64,000 nucleotides of DNA from Candidatus Latescibacterota bacterium. GTDB taxonomy: Bacteria > Latescibacterota > UBA2968 > UBA8231. Under the pieces are notes generated by a model, which saw only the letters and a list, made by a program, of their open reading frames with translations, did no database searches and had not been told where the DNA came from. The stretch spans positions 2,080,001 to 2,144,000 of the forward strand of contig CBDETK010000013.1 of the NCBI GenBank assembly GCA_965242865.1, given 5' to 3'. Position numbers and translations under genes: made by a program. Every line of letters starts with the position of its first letter. Position 1 is the first letter of the stretch. Positions 39,601 through 46,716 of this stretch are shown piece by piece.

Positions 39601-40239
39601 TTGCTGCATTTGGAGCCAATCGCTGAGGATTTGGTCGGGCGATTGCTCGGCGTAGCGGCGGCACCACGAGCGGGCGAGGTGCTTTTTTGCGAGGAGGAGT
39701 TGCAAGACCTGTTCGAGATAGGGCCGCGACCATTCGGCCAAGGTGTGCCGCAACGCCTCCTTATCCGGGCTGGAGTCGCGCGTCCGGGCTAGGGCCGCTA
39801 GGGTTTGGCGCACCGCTTGAGACCTAAGCTGGGCCGCATCCACTTCCTCCAAGACCGCAAAGGCCGGGTCCACATCCGCTTCAATGGGATACTCGCGCAA
39901 CAAGGCCGCACAGAAGGAGTGAATGGTGGAAATGCGGGCCGCAGGGAGTTCATCGCGGATTTGCCGCAGGCGTTGCCTTTCGGGTTCGGGCAGCACTTGG
40001 GAGAGTCCGTCGGACAGCCGTTGGGCGACGCGCTCGCGCATTTCGGCTGCGGCCTTTTGGGTAAACGTGATGGCCAGCACTTGGCGCACACCGATGTCGG
40101 GATGCTGGCGCAATAGCTCGATGTAGCGCTCGACGAGCGTGGCGGTCTTGCCGGCCCCGGCGCTGGCGGTGACCGCGATGTTGCGCTGGGGGTCGAGGGC
40201 CATGCGCTGGACCGGCGTCAGGGGAACGGCGCGCTTCAC
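36643..40239 (-). CDS. addA: AddA-like UvrD/SF1 helicase-nuclease
   Basis: Motifs ASAGAGKT, AITFTQKAAAEMRERV, STIHSFC, IDEFQDTD, VGDPKQSIYSFR, ENFRT, LTVHAAKGLEFP, RLLYVACTRA. C-terminal PD-(D/E)xK nuclease (GVVD...IDYKTG...QLELY). Confidence 0.9.
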   Translation of the reverse strand: MKRAVPLTPVQRMALDPQRNIAVTASAGAGKTATLVERYIELLRQHPDIGVRQVLAITFTQKAAAEMRERVAQRLSDGLSQVLPEPERQRLRQIRDELPAARISTIHSFCAALLREYPIEADVDPAFAVLEEVDAAQLRSQAVRQTLAALARTRDSSPDKEALRHTLAEWSRPYLEQVLQLLLAKKHLARSWCRRYAEQSPDQILSDWLQMQQAACEPAYHTLLADPHFPAMLAELAEIAPQTEARDSAVKRLDPLREDMRWLSQRPPLAEGVAILPRLAAGLLTSGKPLSGSRLGSKSNWDADALARIRELVPALGHCLAPHVDLLGRELGADDERAAAVLPALSRLFLRADARCEGSKGNGRMLDMDDLLEKSRQLIATDAAIRHRLAQHYRFALIDEFQDTDPVQWEIIRSLVAPDGPMAGDKLFIVGDPKQSIYSFRAADVAVFARVREAIAQANAAHERDAQPFCDDGEILDASPAQRLGELVMGENFRTLAQPVALVNALFPQFMQAVPGEPFQVGYDPLVGCRSTEVSEGSVELLLLPPDDSRDATEAARCEAELVARRLSHLLTGSDLQVADGEGLRPPVPGDIALLLRRRRNLSAYEDALRACGIPFQVAGGRGFYQRQEIYDLANILRVLCNPGDSIALLGALRSPYFGLSDNALYALTAPHGGRLAEHLEDAGRRQHLAPADREAAADAVARLQRWRERRDRVPLVELLHAILEDTGAWGFLCYGDRGEQAVANVEKLLHLAREFRGPLADFVVRLDLLTTEEEQEGEAVLAADALHILTVHAAKGLEFPIAVVPDLAARFNLGSSDPVLLDAEKGLGLSTRDPEQGYKMAPSYIRSLVNRDAIRRQRAEEKRLLYVACTRARDHLLLGGALADEHLPADLSAAKDCLSWICGSLTLTEADLARGTKEVAGVPAPLPIYTDPSAFPAPAPTTAAEPAFRALDASLVQAPAPPLDLSPLDDPQDRPEFAVSELVLFAADRAAHHRQYGLGLPAWPLGQVDAPRRRGMLFGQLAHAGLEALHNRPDADPTALAADLVAAAPLPVASYRASFERELAGLLRRCRQSPLAARWRTHLEAHTEVRFALPLAHGLVHGVVDYMGRGADGGWELIDYKTGHRANRAESVQSYQLQLELYALCLQGLYPGQGEYRATLYFVDSDEEHGTRFAPAELAAVRTRLDDLVAQLMAAKN

Positions 40240-43200
40240 GGCTGCAAGTCCCGCACGCGCTGAGGGTCGAGGCGGCAGCTTTGTTGGTAGGGGCAGTGCG
40301 GGCAGATTTTGGCCGGATCGTGGGCGGTGACGCGAAATTCCCCCCGGCGCATGGCGCGGGCGTACGAGAGGACAAAGCCGCGCACGGTGTCGAGCCGCTG
40401 GCGATATTCCTCGTGCTCGTACTGGCGGCTCCTAGCGACATAAGCTGCATTGCGGTGCGCGTCATCGGCGAACAGCCCCTTGCGGCCGCAGTCGTCTAGG
40501 TCGCGGAGCATCAGGTACGCCGCCCCGGCCCCTTGCCGCAGCCCGAGCTCCCCGAACAGGGATTCAGCCGCGAGCACATAGAGTGGAAGCTGGAGGGTGA
40601 GGCCGGTCTCCTTTTTAAGATCGTCCACAGCGGGCATGCGGCCGGTTTTGTAGTCGAAAACCATGAAGCGGCCGTCGGCCGTGCGGTCGATGCGGTCGAT
40701 CTTGCCGGACAGGCGCACCTCGTCTCCAGTCTCTGGGTCGCCGATGGCATAAGACGTGGTGGTCGATTGCCGGTCGCCATCCCCCATGCCGGGATAGCTG
40801 CCAAAGCTCAACTCAAAGTGGGTCGGCACGGCCGGGTCGGGCGCGTCCGCTTGCAGCCGGAGAAAGCGGGGCAAAATGCCCTCGCGCTCCCCATCGTCCG
40901 TGCCGAGCAGGCGCTCTAATTCTCGCTCCCAGAAAAAGCCGGTAAGCCGCATCTCCTCGGCGATTTGGCGACCGAGGCCGCGCAGGTCCGCGACGTTGGT
41001 CGGCAGGTTTTCCCGGCGTTCGGCCGCTTCGCCGTGGGCGGTATAAAAACGGTAGAGGATGCGGTGGACGAGGTTGCCGCGCTTGAGCGCGGAGTCGTCG
41101 GCTTCCGGGTCGCGCAGGGGCTGGAGCCCGAGCAGGTCTTGGGCGAAAAACCGGAAGGGACAGCGGCCGTACAGCTCCAGTTGGGTCGCGGAAAAAGAGT
41201 GGCCCGCGCCGAGGCGGGTACGCAGCGCGTCGAGCAGCGGCTCCTCGTCAAGGACGCCTTCGTACCGGCCAAACCCCTCGGGACTCGCGCGCCGGGCCGC
41301 GAGATGCAGGCCGCGCACGAGCTGGGCGGTGGCGGGGCTGTCGAGCTGGGCGGCCGCGCCGTACAGGGCGAGGGCATCGCGCCCGAGGTCGGATTCACGC
41401 GCCTCACACAGGCCCCGGCCCAAGGTGCGGTGCAGCTCGCCTGGGGTGCTCGGGGGCCGATCGGCATCGTCCGCCGCCGGCTGCGGCCCGAGTAGCTCGT
41501 CGAGTTCGGTGATAAAGGGCGAGGGGGCGAGCACCTCGCGGCCCGCCTGCTGGGGATAGAAGATGGCGAGGCCGCGGCGAGGCGCACCCACGGCGCGGTA
41601 AAACAGCAAACGCTCGGCCTCAGTGGTGGCGTCCTCGTCCAAGTTCAGGGCGCGCCGCTGCGTTTCTTCGAGGAAAATATCGGCCGGTGGTACGCGGGGA
41701 AATTCGCCTTGCACCAGCCCGCCTAAGAAGAGGTAATCGCAGGGCGCACTGCCCGCCGCGGCGAGGTCGGTCACTTGAATGCCAGCCTGCGTCGTGGCCG
41801 GGATGTGTGCTTGGGCGACGGCGTCGCGCAGCAGGTCGGCGAACTCGCTCGGGGTGCGGGCCTGCTCGGCGGACACCGGCGCACACAGTTCGTCGAGCAG
41901 ATCCAAAAAGCGCGTCAGGGCGTGGCCGTCTGCGGCCGCCCCATCCTCTACGCCCAACGCGCCGAGGGCGTGGAGCAGGTTGTGGCGGAAGGAGGGTAGG
42001 GTTTGGCGGCGATCCAAGGGCTGGAGCAGGTCAAAGAGCGCGGTGAGGCCGGCGCGCAGAGGCTGGAGAGCCACCGACTCGGCGCGCAGGGACTCGCGCC
42101 AAGCGGTGAGATCGCCGATTTCCTCGGAGACGGGTTCGCCTTCGCGGCCGAGTTCGCGCTCTATGTACGCGAGGGTGTCGTCAATGGCGGCGAGCCACGC
42201 ACCGCGCCCGGTGGAGGGGGGAACGTTGCGGGTCCACGCGGCAAAGTCCGCCGCCGAAAGCGCGTTGGTCTGCTCCGCAAAGGCGTAGCGCAGGCACACC
42301 GAGGGCAAGCTGAGCAGGCGGAAGAGCGCGGCGCGGCTGTAGCGCTCTAACACCGCGTCGAGGAGCGCGAAGACCGCGTTCATGGCGGGTGCTGTGGCAA
42401 GGGGCCGCCCGCGGGCGAGGTAAAAAGGCAGGCCGTGGCGCGGCAGCACTTCTGCCACGAGCTCGGCGTAGAGGTCAAGGGTGCGAAAGCCCATGCGAAT
42501 TTGGCCGAGCGCGACCCCTTGCTCGCGGTGCAACTGGCGGATGCGGCGGGCCATGGCCGCGACTTCGCCGACTCGGTCTGGGCAGGCGACCCGCTCTACG
42601 GGCGCGGCGCAATGGGCGCGACTGGGCGCGAAGAGGCGGTTGGCAAACGCGGCGACCGGATGCGGCTCGGCGGCACTGAATTTGACGCGGGCGGCACGGG
42701 CGCGGACCCACTCGTACAGCGGGCGCGTACGATCAAAAAAACCCGGCCCTTCCGGGTCGTAGTCGAGCACGGCGATGGATTCTGGCACCAGGGGGAGCAG
42801 CTTTTCCAGCACGGGCAGAAAAGGCGCGGGCACTTCCACAAAGCCGCAGAGCACGAGCAACTTGAGGCCCGGGAAACGCTGGGCGAGCAGCGAGCGGTCG
42901 AGGTGGGTATGCACCGCGGCAAAACGCTCGCGGCTCCCGCTCCAGCCCGCCGCGAGCCGCGCTAGATACGCCGCATACAGGGCCTGTAATTCCGCGCTGC
43001 GCTGCGTGGTCCCCCCTAGATCGCTCGGCTCGACGCCCAATTCCTCCAGCCGGCCGAACAATTGAGCCAGCCCTCGGATCAGCCGCTCCGGGCGGCGGCT
43101 GTAATAGGGTGCGCTGGCCGCGCTGGCCGCGAGTGCGTCTTCGACTAAGAGCACCTGCGCGCTGAGGGGCAGGGCCGCTCGCCGGCCGGGACAGAGGCTG

Positions 43201-43469
43201 TAGAGGAGGTCGATGAACGCGTTTAGGTCGAGGGCCAAGGGGCCGGTGAGTACGCGGGGGGGGGCTGGATTCCCGCGTTCGCGGGAATGACAAGAGGGGC
43301 GGAAGAGCTGCCGCCGCATGAGTTGGGCTTGGAAGTGCGAGGGGAAGAGCCAGAGAAAAGCGCGGCTGTCGCCCGCGTCGAGGTGCGTTGAGCAGCGCGC
43401 GGACGCAAGCGATGCCTTGTCGGGATGGGCCGGGCCGTAGATGAGGGTCAGTTCGCCCATGAGCAGCAT
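40236..43469 (-). CDS. addB: AddB/RexB-like PD-(D/E)xK nuclease subunit with Fe-S cysteines
   Basis: FSATQLELYGRCPFRFF, GKIDRID...FDYKTG, QLPLY, CPHCPYQQSC. Overlaps the addA start by 4 bp. Confidence 0.85.
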   Translation of the reverse strand: MLLMGELTLIYGPAHPDKASLASARCSTHLDAGDSRAFLWLFPSHFQAQLMRRQLFRPSCHSRERGNPAPPRVLTGPLALDLNAFIDLLYSLCPGRRAALPLSAQVLLVEDALAASAASAPYYSRRPERLIRGLAQLFGRLEELGVEPSDLGGTTQRSAELQALYAAYLARLAAGWSGSRERFAAVHTHLDRSLLAQRFPGLKLLVLCGFVEVPAPFLPVLEKLLPLVPESIAVLDYDPEGPGFFDRTRPLYEWVRARAARVKFSAAEPHPVAAFANRLFAPSRAHCAAPVERVACPDRVGEVAAMARRIRQLHREQGVALGQIRMGFRTLDLYAELVAEVLPRHGLPFYLARGRPLATAPAMNAVFALLDAVLERYSRAALFRLLSLPSVCLRYAFAEQTNALSAADFAAWTRNVPPSTGRGAWLAAIDDTLAYIERELGREGEPVSEEIGDLTAWRESLRAESVALQPLRAGLTALFDLLQPLDRRQTLPSFRHNLLHALGALGVEDGAAADGHALTRFLDLLDELCAPVSAEQARTPSEFADLLRDAVAQAHIPATTQAGIQVTDLAAAGSAPCDYLFLGGLVQGEFPRVPPADIFLEETQRRALNLDEDATTEAERLLFYRAVGAPRRGLAIFYPQQAGREVLAPSPFITELDELLGPQPAADDADRPPSTPGELHRTLGRGLCEARESDLGRDALALYGAAAQLDSPATAQLVRGLHLAARRASPEGFGRYEGVLDEEPLLDALRTRLGAGHSFSATQLELYGRCPFRFFAQDLLGLQPLRDPEADDSALKRGNLVHRILYRFYTAHGEAAERRENLPTNVADLRGLGRQIAEEMRLTGFFWERELERLLGTDDGEREGILPRFLRLQADAPDPAVPTHFELSFGSYPGMGDGDRQSTTTSYAIGDPETGDEVRLSGKIDRIDRTADGRFMVFDYKTGRMPAVDDLKKETGLTLQLPLYVLAAESLFGELGLRQGAGAAYLMLRDLDDCGRKGLFADDAHRNAAYVARSRQYEHEEYRQRLDTVRGFVLSYARAMRRGEFRVTAHDPAKICPHCPYQQSCRLDPQRVRDLQP
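43265..43291. repeat. REP/RPE-like palindrome lying in frame inside addB
   Basis: CTGGATTCCCGCGTTCGCGGGAATGAC has an ATTCCCGC/GCGGGAAT stem. It translates as CHSRERGNP in the AddB frame. Confidence 0.75.
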
Positions 43470-43482
43470 TTACCTATGGAGG

Positions 43483-43564
43483 CGTCATTCCCACAAAAGA
43501 ACGTCACCCCGTGCTTCCGACACGGGGCGGGAATCCAGTCTTGAAGGATGTAGAATTGCTATAT
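43483..43564 (+). repeat. Nested REP-like element plus copy 2 of the 38-bp repeat
   Basis: Outer arms CGTCATTCCC...GCGGGAATCCAG enclose an inner CCCCGTG-CTTCCGA-CACGGGG hairpin. The 3' part matches 36355-36392. Confidence 0.75.
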
Positions 43565-43607
43565 CTCAAAGGATGAGGTTGGGAGCGGCATGAAGGGGTG
43601 CGCTGCC

Positions 43608-43636
43608 AACGTATTGCCGAAGAAAAACACTGTCAA
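43608..43636 (-). promoter_or_regulatory. Sigma70-like promoter for addBA
   Basis: Minus strand TTGACA (43636-43631), a 17-bp spacer, then TACGTT (43613-43608). A second TTGACA on the plus strand at 43657-43662 faces the divergent gene. Confidence 0.55.
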
Positions 43637-43728
43637 GACGCGCCCCGCGCCGTGCGTTGACATAGAACGGGGCAGGTCGCTTTTTATGCCCCGCGGCCTA
43701 GCCGCGCTTTTCTCGGATGAAATTCGCA

Positions 43729-44739
43729 ATGAAAAAATGGACTGTTGCCTTGCTTTTGTGGTGGAGTTGCGCCCCTCTGACTTCGCCGGCCGGTGGCCCG
43801 GCGGAATGGCAAAAACCCGAGCCGCCGCCCCCGCCGCCGAGCGCGTTAGAACAATACTTAAAGACGCGCCAGCACTATGGCCTCGGCCCTCGGCCCGACT
43901 TTGTGGCCGTGGTGCCCTTTGTCGATGAATCCGGGTTTCGCGAGGGCGTGTGGAACCTCGAATACGAGCTGGCGAACTTGGTCAGCGCGGAGCTAGCGGC
44001 CGTGCGCGACTGGGAGGTCGTCCCGTTTGACGCGGTGGCCGAGTTGGCCTTGGAGTGGGGGTTTGCCGACTCAGAGAAAGCCCTCGCAATCGGGCGCAAG
44101 CTAGAGGCCGATTTCGTCATCATGGGCCTTTTGCAGGACTACGACATGCGCCGCCTGTCGGTCGGCGATCCCTTGTTGGGCGGCTACAAATCCTATTCGG
44201 CCACAGCCCAGATGCGCGTGGAGATCGCGCGGGTTGACGACGGCAGCCCGATGGGTCATGCCGAGGCCCAACGCGCCCTCACCGACCGCGACTTGGGCCT
44301 CGACCTGTTGGGCAAGCCGCGCGAGCAGGACTTGCAGTTTGCCGGCTTAAAGGAGCTCGCGTTTGGCTCGGAGACTTTTCGCCAGACCCTGTTGGGGCAG
44401 GCGACGGTGGAGGCCGTCGGCGAGTTGGTACACAAGGTGGCTACCGTGTTTGAGCCGGAGGGCTTGGTGTTTGAGGGCGATGCACCCGAGGTCATCGCCG
44501 TGTACAGCGAGGACCTGTACGCCAATATCGGCAGTGCCCACGGCGTGCGGCCGCGCTTGCGCTTTTTCGTCTATCCGAGCACCGGCCGGATAGAGGCCGA
44601 AGGGCTGGCCCCGGAAGAGTCGGTCGCCCTCGTCGAAGTCGCCGAAATCATCAGCGCTCGGCTCGCCAGCTTGCGGGTGCTCCGCGCCAGCGGGACGATC
44701 AAGCCCGGCGACCGCCTCGAATTAGCGGAAGGAGAATAG
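43729..44739 (+). CDS. Putative lipoprotein with a CsgG/TolB-N-like domain and an FlgT-C-like C-terminus
   Basis: Signal MKKWTVALLLWWSC, a Pro-rich linker, VAVVPFVDESG...ALAIGRKLEADFVIMG, and C-terminal YANIGSAHGV...IKPGDRL. Confidence 0.55.
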   Translation: MKKWTVALLLWWSCAPLTSPAGGPAEWQKPEPPPPPPSALEQYLKTRQHYGLGPRPDFVAVVPFVDESGFREGVWNLEYELANLVSAELAAVRDWEVVPFDAVAELALEWGFADSEKALAIGRKLEADFVIMGLLQDYDMRRLSVGDPLLGGYKSYSATAQMRVEIARVDDGSPMGHAEAQRALTDRDLGLDLLGKPREQDLQFAGLKELAFGSETFRQTLLGQATVEAVGELVHKVATVFEPEGLVFEGDAPEVIAVYSEDLYANIGSAHGVRPRLRFFVYPSTGRIEAEGLAPEESVALVEVAEIISARLASLRVLRASGTIKPGDRLELAEGE

Positions 44740-44741
44740 CG

Positions 44742-45776
44742 ATGCAGGGAGTGGTCAAATACCAGCGGGGCGACGGATTCGTCGAGCTGCGCGCCCTAGG
44801 GGACGCGCCGCCCGGCCCCAAGCAAGTGAAGGTGGCGGTGCAAGCCACCGGGATTTGCGGATCGGACCTCCACGTGTACCGCGACACCATCAACTACAAC
44901 ATCCAGACCCCGGTCGTCATGGGACACGAGTTCAGCGGCGTGGTGGTGGAAAAAGGCGCGGCCGTCGGCGACCATATCCAAGTGGGCGACCGCGTGACGG
45001 GCGAGCCGAGCGTGCATATCTGCGGCGGCTGCGACTATTGCTTGAGCGAGCACTACAACCTCTGTCCCGACCGCAAGGTCATGGGCTACTGGCACCACGG
45101 CTGCTTTGCCCCTTACTGCAATGCGACCTTCGTCCACAAGCTGCCCGCGGGCGTGGGGTTTGAAGCCGGTGCCCTCACCGAGTTGTTGGCCTGCTGCGTG
45201 CATTCGGTCATTGAGCAGGCCGGCGTGACCGCCGGAGACTTCGTCGCGATCACCGGGCCGGGGCCGGTGGGATTGTTCTCGGCGCTGGTCGCGCTGGCCG
45301 AGGGGGGGACGGTGATTCTCTGCGGCACGGAGCGAGATACCGAGCGGCTGCAACTAGCCGAGGAGTTGGGCGTCCAGCACACGGTCGATATTGCGGCCCA
45401 CGATCCGGTGGCGCGGGTGCGCGAGTTGACCGGCGGCTATGGGGCCGATGTGGTGGTCGAGTGCGCGGGGGTGGCCCCAGCAATGCAGTTGGCCTTGGAG
45501 CTCGTCCGCAAGCGGGGACGCTACTCCCAGATGGGCCTGCCGGGTGCGCCCGTAGAAATCGATTTCGAGAAAATCGCGTACAACGAACTCCAAGTCTCCG
45601 GCGGCATTGGCCAGCGGCGACCGGCGTGGCAGCGGGCGTTGCGGCTGATGGAGCGGGATTTTATTCCCAGCGAAAAGCTGATCACCCACCACTTTGCCCT
45701 GCGCCAATGGCAGCGGGCCTTTGACATGGCCGAGGGACAGGAGGGGATCAAGCTCATGTTCATGCCGCAGGACTGA
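44742..45776 (+). CDS. Zinc-dependent medium-chain alcohol/polyol dehydrogenase
   Basis: GICGSDLH, GHEFSG, structural Zn site CGGCDYC...C, Rossmann GPGPVG. Confidence 0.92.
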   Translation: MQGVVKYQRGDGFVELRALGDAPPGPKQVKVAVQATGICGSDLHVYRDTINYNIQTPVVMGHEFSGVVVEKGAAVGDHIQVGDRVTGEPSVHICGGCDYCLSEHYNLCPDRKVMGYWHHGCFAPYCNATFVHKLPAGVGFEAGALTELLACCVHSVIEQAGVTAGDFVAITGPGPVGLFSALVALAEGGTVILCGTERDTERLQLAEELGVQHTVDIAAHDPVARVRELTGGYGADVVVECAGVAPAMQLALELVRKRGRYSQMGLPGAPVEIDFEKIAYNELQVSGGIGQRRPAWQRALRLMERDFIPSEKLITHHFALRQWQRAFDMAEGQEGIKLMFMPQD

Positions 45777-45841
45777 GCGAAACCCGCGCTTGCGGCTTTG
45801 GCGAAAATTGGCGATTATCATAAAAAAGTGATAAACTGGGT

Positions 45842-46207
45842 ATGTGGGACTTCCGCGAATATCAGAGCGCGACCGGAAAGCGTCCTGTATCGGAATGGTA
45901 TGGAGCGTTGTCGGCGAAAAACAGAGCAAGAGCCGATCGGTTTTTGGGCATCGCCCGGAAGCTCAACCGGCTCGAACCGCCGCATTTCAAGAAGTTTCGC
46001 GAGTTATGGGAAGCGCGTTGGCGGGGCGAAAATAGGGTTCCGCATCGGATATTTTGTTACGTCCCTGCCGATAGACAGTTGACCCTGCTCTGTGGCTGCA
46101 TCCACAAGGACGCTCGATACAAACCTACGGAAGCCTACAACACGGCGGTACAGCGCCGCAACGAAATAGAAAACGAGGAGGCAAGCACTCATGCGTTCGA
46201 TTTTTAA
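45842..46207 (+). CDS. RelE/HigB (Gp49-like) toxin
   Basis: Basic 121-aa protein with Y..TGKRPVSEW, LWEARW, HRIFCY and LLCG..HK. It lies upstream of and overlaps an HTH gene. Confidence 0.7.
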   Translation: MWDFREYQSATGKRPVSEWYGALSAKNRARADRFLGIARKLNRLEPPHFKKFRELWEARWRGENRVPHRIFCYVPADRQLTLLCGCIHKDARYKPTEAYNTAVQRRNEIENEEASTHAFDF

Positions 46208-46646
46208 GCTCTGGCGTAAACTGCGCGACAAAGCGTACCGAGACGGGTACACGGAATCTCAGCTTTCCATTGAGGTCCCTTTTCAGATCCGAGCCATCCG
46301 CAAAGCACGCGGCTGGACGCAAGCCCAGCTCGCCGAGCGGAGCGGCATTCCGCAAGCGCGGATATCCCACATTGAACAGGCCGGCCGGGATCCGCTGTCG
46401 TTGCGGACATTGTACCGATTGGCAGCCGCCTTTGACGTCGGCTTGCAGGTACAGTTTGTCCCGTTCAGCGAGTTGGTACGGCGGGAAGCGGCTTTTGATC
46501 CGGAGACGTTTCGCGTCCCTAGCTTTGCAGAGGACCATGTAGAGAAGGCCGTACCGACTAGCGATATGTCGGTGTCAACGGAGCCTTACGCGACCAACTC
46601 CAAGCGTACGCCCAAGGTACACGGCAGGGTGGCCCAACCTGAATGA
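46191..46646 (+). CDS. XRE/HTH_3 antitoxin (HigA-like)
   Basis: QIRAIRKARGWTQAQLAERSGIPQARISHIE...LRTLYRLAAAFD. Confidence 0.8.
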   Translation: MRSIFKLWRKLRDKAYRDGYTESQLSIEVPFQIRAIRKARGWTQAQLAERSGIPQARISHIEQAGRDPLSLRTLYRLAAAFDVGLQVQFVPFSELVRREAAFDPETFRVPSFAEDHVEKAVPTSDMSVSTEPYATNSKRTPKVHGRVAQPE

Positions 46647-46716
46647 AATAGCCCGGAACCCGGCGTTTGGCCCAAGGCAACGCAGCATCAGAGTACTGGC
46701 CCCTTGAGAATGCGCC

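Noticed and set aside
43256-43264. G9 tract in addB (also the G8 run near 32423 in the module B PPIase) as phase-variation switches
   Set aside because: The frames are intact and such runs are expected in GC-rich DNA. There is no evidence of length variation without reads.
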